Below are positions 8,350 through 36,049 of a stretch of 36,049 bases of DNA, piece by piece. Location: the NCBI GenBank assembly GCA_900617105.1, contig UYFQ01000053.1:1-36049 (forward strand), given 5' to 3'. The stretch's first letter is position 1. The number at the start of each line of letters is the position of its first letter. A program made the translations under genes and the position numbers. Under the pieces are notes generated by a model. That model saw only the letters and a list, made by a program, of their open reading frames with translations, made no database searches and was not told the origin of the DNA. This DNA comes from Hydrurus foetidus (Eukaryota).

Positions 8350-9720
8350 TCAGTGCGTCAGCAAGCAATCGTCTGCTTGAGCTGGTGTGCACATAATTGT
8401 CCTCATGATGAATGCAGCGACATCGCCAAGCTGCAACGCTTCGCTCGCCCCATCACTAAGGTTTTGGTCAGCCTACAGCAGATTCGTCAAAGAGTGGAGG
8501 TCAGGTCAGACATAGACTGTTCATGTAAAATTTACAGATGAATTTATGCTTACATGAGCAATTTTTTCGCATATCAACGCCTTCTCTAAACTCTTCAGCC
8601 CTTGCTTGTGGATTACATCAGTCATTAATTGAGACAATACTGCCGACATTGGGTATCCCTCTGCAACAGCATCTGCGACAGTAGCAGCCAGGGCATCGAA
8701 GCTCTTTCCTCTCATCGCCCTCCACATAGCGTCCATCACGTCAGCCGGAACCTTCAAGAAGAAATAGCATACTGAGTTTCTTGCGTCAAATTGCAATTGT
8801 TTAATCTGAAGATGTACTGAAGGCAACATACCTGTCCGCTTATGTCAGAAACTGTGGCCACGGTGACTGGGCCACCCGCACTTAGCTGATGCGAAGATTG
8901 GAGGAACGTTACTGCTTTACGCATATCACCGCACGATGCTGCCATTATCGCGGCCAGTGCTCCTTCTGCCAACGTAACGGTTTCCATTTCTAAAAGACGC
9001 GGAGGTCAGAGAGTAGTTAATGACACTATCGGTGATGAGGTCTGCAGACCATTACTAAGAAAATCGTCAATCTTACCTGCAATATGCTCTAATCTTTGGA
9101 TCATCGAGTCGATGGGTAATACCTTAAATCTGAATTTGGCACAACGACTAGCAAGTGGCTCAATTACTCTTGTAACATAGTTACATATCAAGCAAAATCG
9201 AGTCACCCTTGAATAGGCCTCCATAATGCGGCGAAGTGCAGATTGGGCATCTGGAGTCATCGTATCGGCTTCATCAAGGATGATCAGCTTGAATCGAGGA
9301 CATGGATAGCCACTGGTAATTTTGATTTGATTAGAAATCTGTTGTCTTATATGTGTCAGCTCAATATTATGATGCTGATTACATTGTTTTTTGGCTTCCA
9401 ACGGCTCCTTGGGCGAAAGATTTAACTTTCTCTCTGACGACGCTAATTCCTCTTTCATCAGACGCATTTAACTCAAGAATCCGGGATCGGTATAGTTCAG
9501 GACCGTACAGTTCGCGAGCAACAGCCAATATCGTCGTCGTTTTGCCTGTCCCAGGAGGTCCGTGGAAGAGTAAGTGTGGGAGATTCCCCTGGGCGATGCT
9601 AGTTTTCAGAGTCTTCACTACTTCATCCTGATGAGCAACGTCGTCAACCTTTTCTGGACGATACTTCTCTACCCATGGTACAACTCTTTTCATACCACCA
9701 CTACTCGTAGAGGCTGCCAT
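8350..9720 (-). CDS. RFC4: Replication factor C small subunit (human RFC4 / yeast Rfc2 type), 5 exons: 9720-9383, 9312-9077, 8989-8832, 8751-8554, 8472-8350
   Basis: PWVEKYRP, Walker [71 protein letters not shown]. Four GT-AG introns (70-87 bp) splice in frame to a TGA at 8352-8350. Confidence 0.93.
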
Positions 9721-10608
9721 CTTGAGGAATGAGGTGAGACAGATGGATATGAAACTGAGCTTGTTGTCACGGGTAATTGCTATTGGTACTCCACTGAGAG
9801 AATCAATCGATTCAGAAATTTTAATTCAAACATTTGAAAAGTAATGAAGTGATCAACTAAATTATGGAAAGGCATCTTTTTTATTAAATGTTCACCTTCC
9901 ATTTCCGCCAGTAGGATGCGACAAAACGAGAGCATTAATCAAGACCAAATTTATTGAAGTTGATTGATATTCACTTGAAATTTTGGATTGAATTTCGTTT
10001 TAATGACATCTTTTTTGCTTAGTTCTGTTATCTTTCCATCTCATGCAGGTCTCCAGTGTCGTTGAGAAATGAAGAATGGGACGTAATTTTCAAAAATTTC
10101 AGCTTATAACGTACAAGCTGCTCCAGTATAAGAAAGAGAATGACTCGATTCAAATTTCTTTCTCTGCAGAGTAACTACAATGTATACGAATTGAACTGAA
10201 TTATTCTGATCTCGAAAAACCTTGTATCAAATACATAATAACCGATACATAAGGTAGTCAGGGATAAATAGTGAGTAATTGCGGAACCTGTGAAATTTTT
10301 TGTACAATTCTATGTAGAGAGTAAAGAGGAGAGGAGTAAACTAAAAGTCAGAAGCTACTATTTACGAAACGCTTTACGGTCTGGTACAGTACTCGGTACC
10401 GTATATATACCATACCCATACAGAAAAAAAATTGGGGTCCGGTAATATCCGGTACAGTATCAGTCACGATTCTTCAATTAGTTCTTACCATGCTGCCAAC
10501 AGTTCATCCGTCATTAATCAGAGCCCACAACTCAGATAGCCAAAGCATCTCTCGTGCCGAGCGTGTTTCTTCGAGGATTGTCACCAGAGGCTGAAGATTT
10601 CCAGTGGA

Positions 10609-11625
10609 ATGGAATCTCTGAACAACATATACGATGGGTGCGAATTTGACGAGAACAAGAATATCGATTGGGACGCATTAGACATAACAGAGGAGTTGGC
10701 TCTTCAAATAAGTGGTCCGATTCCTGCATGCGGAGTAGATCAAAGCATGTCAAAGAAACATCCACGGCTTGAAGATGAAGGAGAGAACGAGAATATCAAG
10801 TTTATGAGATTTGGAAGCTTAGGAAGAATTATCGCAAGTTCTGTCGCTGCTTCAACTCCACCAGTGTCCTTCTATTTCAGTGCATCTATCGCACCTCGCG
10901 CGGATAATTTGCAAGCTCGAAAAGAAATCGCTGAAAAATTCATTTCAGCTTTTAACTTCGGTGATATGGGTCGGCTGGCAGTACTTGTTAGGGAACTCTG
11001 CGATGAGACTTGTTTACTGATAACTCCTGATGTCGACTATCGGGACTGCATTGTTGGCAAAGCTGACGTTATGATGCTTTTTTCACTCTTATTCGAAACT
11101 TTTCCTGACGGTGTTTATCGCACTCTATCTTCCTCGGTTGAAGATGACCGCGCTACTATAATTTATTCCTTCACCGGTACCAGGGTATTCGAGCAATCAA
11201 TAAATTGCCTATATAAGCAATGTCGGAGACATGTAGCTGAGGGCAGCATCGTTGCAAATCCACAGAATTACGGGTGTGAACTAGACTTGATCCAGATTAG
11301 CAAAACAACAACGCAAAACTCAGTCGCTGTTGAGGCACAGCTGAAACAATATTTTCCATCGTCGTCAGAGAGAAGGACCAGTTTGCCTCCTGGACAATCT
11401 ACTGGCCACCTTCAGCAACAGCACCACTACAACCCTTTTCAATCGCTGCAGCACAAATTTTCAGAAACCGTTACACATCTAATGCCTCACGCAGGTAGAC
11501 TGGCCTCCGAAGCATTGAAAGAAGGACCTGGGAGAATTAAGCGATCTATGGAGATGAATTTTGATGACAATAATCACATCGTAAAAATTGTCTTCTGCAA
11601 TATTGTACGTGACGTAACAAAATAG
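10609..11625 (+). CDS. Intronless 338-aa protein with SnoaL/NTF2-like fold
   Basis: AEKFISAFNFGD...IVGKADVMMLFSLLFETFPD...ATIIYSFTGT and C-terminal MNFDDNNHIVKI resemble the SnoaL-like pattern (recognised by eye). Confidence 0.7.
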   Translation: MESLNNIYDGCEFDENKNIDWDALDITEELALQISGPIPACGVDQSMSKKHPRLEDEGENENIKFMRFGSLGRIIASSVAASTPPVSFYFSASIAPRADNLQARKEIAEKFISAFNFGDMGRLAVLVRELCDETCLLITPDVDYRDCIVGKADVMMLFSLLFETFPDGVYRTLSSSVEDDRATIIYSFTGTRVFEQSINCLYKQCRRHVAEGSIVANPQNYGCELDLIQISKTTTQNSVAVEAQLKQYFPSSSERRTSLPPGQSTGHLQQQHHYNPFQSLQHKFSETVTHLMPHAGRLASEALKEGPGRIKRSMEMNFDDNNHIVKIVFCNIVRDVTK

Positions 11626-12559
11626 CATTAAAATATACAGTTATCAACAATACAAGGAATCACAGAAATGAAAACTAGGAGTCATCCACCGTCATATTCC
11701 TGGAAAATTGGATTTTTACAGGAATAAAGTGCGACTCATTTTTTATGTAGAATTCCATCACCACCATTTTGTACTCATTGTTAATTTGTAAAACGAAGAA
11801 AGTGCCATGCTCACAATCAGAAATATCAAATTCTTCAACAGCAAATTATTTGGAAGCATTATTCTGAAAGGGTCCTAGACCGTGGGTGAAATTGATACCA
11901 ACTGGGATACAATTCGAGTTTTCGATTGTTCCATAGTGAACGGAGGATAAAAATCATAGTAGGGTGCATCTGATTGATGGTCAGAGGAAAGTCAAATCTA
12001 TTCTGAAGGATTCCTATCTACATAGGATTGGTATCTGTGTTTCCCTAAGGATTGACACCCAAAAACGGTTCTAGATACGAAACAGAAGGGTGCGATGTTG
12101 CAATAAGGTAGTGCGACACTACATGTCGTGGAGATGATACAAGTAGTGATTCTGCTAATTGCAGTGATTAAACCTCTTGATGAAATGCTTTCAATTTAAC
12201 TTGCATTAATGCCATTGCCTCCTCTGAATCACATGAGATAAAAGGTAGTAACAGAGGACAACTGACCTCTAAACTCAAGAACTCTGAACTATGCGTATCT
12301 ATCGGTCTACGGCACGTACAACATTCTGCACTTACTGAACCATTATGGTGTCAAATTGATAAGAGTGGATTGAAAGAGCTTCTTGAAGCAAGGCCTTGCA
12401 GGGTGCTTGAGGAAACTGTCCATTCTGCTTTCCATCAAGTCCAACCAGCATATTAGTTTGTTTGGTACTCATTCGGTTCTCCAGGAGGAAAACTTTGAAA
12501 ATAGCGCGATTAAAAAGACCATTTGCCACACCTCTGTTTTATCTTTTATCTCCTTCATA

Positions 12560-14056
12560 ATGGATGTACAGCCAGTAGACGGCGGTCGCGTCCCCTTTGA
12601 CGGAAGTTTAGACTATTGCTTTAGCAGCCAGGAAAAATGCTTTTCGTTGAGTCTTGAAGAGCTTGAGACACTGAAAGTTGACTGTTTGGAGGCCTTCACC
12701 TGTCGGAGTATTTCAGACGATAATGAAGATTATAGCACTGGATCTACTTACTTCATTGGAGCAGACCGGAGGCCACGCTGTTTCCTGGAGGAAGTTGCGT
12801 TGGCAATCTTCAGATTCCACACTAAAGATGCTGTTTTTGATGGCAAACAAAGTGGTGCAGAATGGTGGACACAAGTTGTTGATTGCCGTGATGACATTGG
12901 CTTCCATTGGGATCGCGACTACGGTGAGATCAGCAAATCATCTTGGACGATTTCGTGTTGCGGCTGCTTCTCCTAACTTGCAAGATCGAACACCTCTCCT
13001 CAGTTATGTCATCTCAACGATCGACCAACAACATTTGTAGGTGTCGAGGAAGATACTGGACAACATATATACCCACATCTGGCCACCGTCACGTACCTCA
13101 CTGATTGCGGAGGGCCTACAATAATTTTGAACAGATCTGGTACTTCACATGCGAAGGAGAGTCTATCAGGAGTGGCGGATGAAATGATAGTGAGCAGGCC
13201 TGCAGTAGGAAAGCACATCAAATTTGACGGTAGGCTTCTCCACGCAGCTCCATCCGATCTACTGGAGGAAATCGATGATGATGAAGAAGAAGAAGAAGAA
13301 GAAGAATCGGAGAGCGAGGAAGAAGAAGAGGAAGAAGAGGAGGAGGTGGAAGAAGAGGAGGATAGTAAATCTGCATATAGCAGTCATGACGAAAAAGAAA
13401 TCGTTAGAAAAGTTGAATCAGATCATAAAGTCCTACGCCCAGAGAATATTCCAAAGTCCGAAAGCGATTCTGATGAGTCAAGCGCTGACTCAGACTCAGG
13501 TTACCCTAAACGTGTGACTTTCTTAGTGAATATTTGGTTGAACCACGTGCCGACACAGTCAGAAGGATTTCCTGAAAGCCGCTTGAAAAACATGAAATCA
13601 AACCTAAACTCGCCAACTCGGTTTGATGCTACCGCTCATGAGTCAAGCACTCATGTTGGTCTCTCATGGTCTCCGTGCCGATCGCCCTTGTCAGCCCCTG
13701 CTGTCGATAGTAGGGTTCGACTGACGCATTCGGAACATCTGGACGTACCCACAATATCCACTAACTCTAAATGTAATCTTCCCAGCGACACATCACTGGA
13801 GTCAGAACAAGTAGAATTATCAGAAAGTAAAGCTTGGAAATTCACGAATGGCAAAAAGAAGTACGTGGTAACGATTCCTTTGCCGCCAGCAAAGCAACTT
13901 AACTTTTTATTGGACAAATATAATGCATTTCGGATATCTTACGGCTCAAACAGCCTTGTTGCTAAAATAGAAACCGTTTCTTTGAAAAAACGGAAAACGA
14001 ATTCTGTACCTGTAATGACTGTCGAAAAACAAGCAGGGGCTAGTAAAAATAAATAA
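12560..14056 (+). CDS. 2-oxoglutarate/Fe(II)-dependent oxygenase-like protein, 2 exons: 12560-12923, 13041-14056
   Basis: GAEWW, H-x-D motif (FHWDRD), ATVTYL-x3-GGPT, FDGRLLH (distal His), RVTFLVNIW (2OG-binding Arg). The GT-AG intron 12924-13040 joins the two ORFs in frame. Confidence 0.85.
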
Positions 14057-14817
14057 AGAGTTGATTTTACTCTGGAAACAGGAATAGCTCCTTTTTAGAA
14101 CGATTCCACATAGCATCTGCCTTTAAATTGCGTTTACGCAGATTGTGTATTGTTGCTTCCCAGACAAGCATACAGTACCAGAAAATACAATATCCGAGAA
14201 ATCAAGTCAAAGAATTAGAAGCTCTTCGTGTTGTACTTGCGGTTATCGGCTTGTCTTCTACGATTTCTAGATAGCACTCAAAAGTGACACTTCATTGCTA
14301 CGTCTGCGAGGTGATCTCACTGAATTGTGTCTGCAGTGCATAGCCGGTACCTGTAATCTGCTGTAGCAAAATGCTCCCTCTTTCTATGTATACATTCTTG
14401 AATGCTACTGAAATCGAAATTAGAAACCACAATCTCAAGTGGATCTTTTTCTCACTTACAGATACCTCACTGCTACCTAAATGCATCGAATAATGTATAT
14501 GGAAACCATGATGTGATCACCCTCACTGTACCGTAAGCTCGGCGCAAAGTACGCATCCGAAGTAATTCTATGGTTGGGTGTTGGGTCGCATTCCAAAAAA
14601 TTGAAAATTGGTCGCATTTATTTGATGCTCGATCAGAATAAACTGGGTAGCGATTTTATAGTTCGAGTTCAATTGAATAACACCTCCATTTCATGCACTG
14701 TTGAGACTGTAAGGGTGTTACACGCCACCGACGAGCCGATGTGGTTCCTGCCGTCTTCCAGCGCTGCAACTTCCTAGCAGGAGAACCTGCTTGCTGTACT
14801 GGGTCAGCTGACATTTA

Positions 14818-34514
<19,697 letters not shown>

Positions 34515-35543
34515 CTCCACACATTGCGACAGCAGCAATATGACGAATTAGCAGCTAATATTATGAACCACCTTTTAAAGTCTTTTTTATTAAATTATAA
34601 TAAATTCTTATGATAAGTGCAGCGCAATACTCACACTTCAATCTTTTCAAGACGGCATTATTCGAATGACGAGGTGTTTGATAGATACTGCTAACCATTA
34701 GCTGATGCAAAACATCAACACAGTGCAGCTTATCAAGATAAATATCTGCAGTAGCAGTAGCAGGCGAGTGCCGTGCTGACAGATATGTCACATTCTCTGA
34801 TGGTGAAGGCCAGTTACTTCAACTGATGTATGGACATACTGCTAGACCGATAGGACTGTTAAGAGGAAGAAAACGATGTGATGGGCGAAAAGGACGTCTG
34901 CCTCATCTTATCTTATCTCGTCCTACCTCATCCCCCTCGCATTTTCCAATGATTTGTACGGTTCTGCGTCACTGACATTCTGAGAGACAGAAAGCCACTG
35001 ACAAGAGCACTTCGTAAGAGCATCAGAAGCAAAGTGGACAAGGGAGCGACTACCGCTCAGCTACTAGATTCAGCAGAGGTGGATATGACTCAAAAATGTT
35101 GACTTAGTGTGATCCATCCATGGCAAGAGACAGGGCTGTCTCGCAATGCACTGTCCCTCAATAGCACATCAGTGGGTGAGCAACCAGAAGACGATAGATG
35201 TTGCTGGATACAAGTGCCGCTTACGAAACCACTCGCTCATTAAGACGCTATGACATGACCTGCGCAATGTCCAGTCTGTGCAATCAAATAACAATGATGC
35301 ATGCAAAGCGCCCTAGAGGGACGGGACAACTCAGCCTTGAAGGTAGCGCGAGTCAGACCAGACCTAATGCTGCCTAACATTTCCACTTCCTCCCTGTGAT
35401 CCGATGCACACCACCACCACTTATCATCACCATTTAGTGCAGTGCGAGGAGATGAATGCAACAACAACATATTGCAGGAGGAGATACAGCTGATAGAAGA
35501 ATGAGAAAAGAAGGGAAGAATACCATAAGAAATATGGGAAAAA

Positions 35544-36049
35544 TTATGGTTCGAGTTCTGAGTCTTCGTCAGTTGTCAGCATGTCCGTACTGAACACACT
35601 CAAAGCCTTCAATCTTGAAACACTGCCACCACTGTCAGCGCTACCCATCGCTAAAGTCCCCATCTCTCCCCTATCCGCTCTATCGTCCATGCTAGTCATA
35701 TTAGCAGTGTTCTTTTCGTTGGTTTTGGTCAGTGTCTCACAATCCATGTGATCAGAACCATTCTCCTTCTCCTCAATTCCTCCATTTGACTCACTGTTGA
35801 AATCTTTCACCAAGATATAGCGACTCCGCTTGTCAGGATTCATAAAGCCGCTATTGTTCTTCTCTAGACGGAATATACGGAAACCCAGTTTGTTTAGATA
35901 GAGGTCAGAAGCCGCCTCATTCTCTGTATGGACAGCACAGAAGGCATACGCCAGTCCCCATTCCTTTGTCGACTTAAGCGCTTGGGTCATCAGGGAAAGA
36001 GCTATACCCTTTCTACGGAATGATTCATCAACGACAACGTTTCCAAAGT
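35544..36049 (-). CDS. GNAT-family N-acetyltransferase, 5'-truncated by the window edge
   Basis: The frame extends upstream of the listed ORF: FGNVVVDESFRRKGIALSLM (acetyl-CoA motif A), then AVHTENEAASDLYLNKLGF (motif B). Confidence 0.85.
   Translation of the reverse strand, partial: FGNVVVDESFRRKGIALSLMTQALKSTKEWGLAYAFCAVHTENEAASDLYLNKLGFRIFRLEKNNSGFMNPDKRSRYILVKDFNSESNGGIEEKENGSDHMDCETLTKTNEKNTANMTSMDDRADRGEMGTLAMGSADSGGSVSRLKALSVFSTDMLTTDEDSELEP

Noticed and set aside
10378..10462. GGTAC-rich segment with TATATATA resembling the LTR start or a promoter
   Set aside because: Only short shared words, with no alignable homology and no evidence for a start site.
12383..12559. N-terminal extension of the oxygenase from a TTG start
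   Set aside because: Eukaryotic context; the first in-frame ATG is at 12560 and the upstream part looks like UTR.
34561..35470. Short minus-strand ORFs between the convergent genes
   Set aside because: No recognisable motifs. A minus-strand acceptor-like tract near 35490 has no convincing matching donor, so an extra GNAT exon is unsupported.

Overview
Eukaryotic nuclear DNA with GT-AG spliceosomal introns; gene content suggests a protist, possibly a stramenopile/chrysophyte (inference only). Bases 1-6735 are a complete Ty3/Gypsy chromodomain-bearing LTR retrotransposon (205/206-bp TG...CA LTRs, gag with CCHC knuckle, PR-RT-RNase H-IN-chromodomain, PPT). Its reading frame is broken at about eight places, almost all at homopolymer runs. 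It has no tRNA-type (TGG) primer-binding site; a perfect palindrome (AATAGCGCTATT) abuts the 5' LTR instead, which is the most intriguing signal here. Next come a 386-bp MITE (30-bp TIRs, 7-bp TSD), a 5-exon replication factor C small subunit gene (-), an intronless SnoaL/NTF2-like gene (+), a 2OG-Fe(II) oxygenase (+), a ~19.7-kb, >=35-exon BAZ/ACF1/MBD9-like chromatin reader gene (+) with microsatellite-rich introns, and the 3' part of a GNAT acetyltransferase (-). All domain calls were made by eye from motifs; no searches were run.
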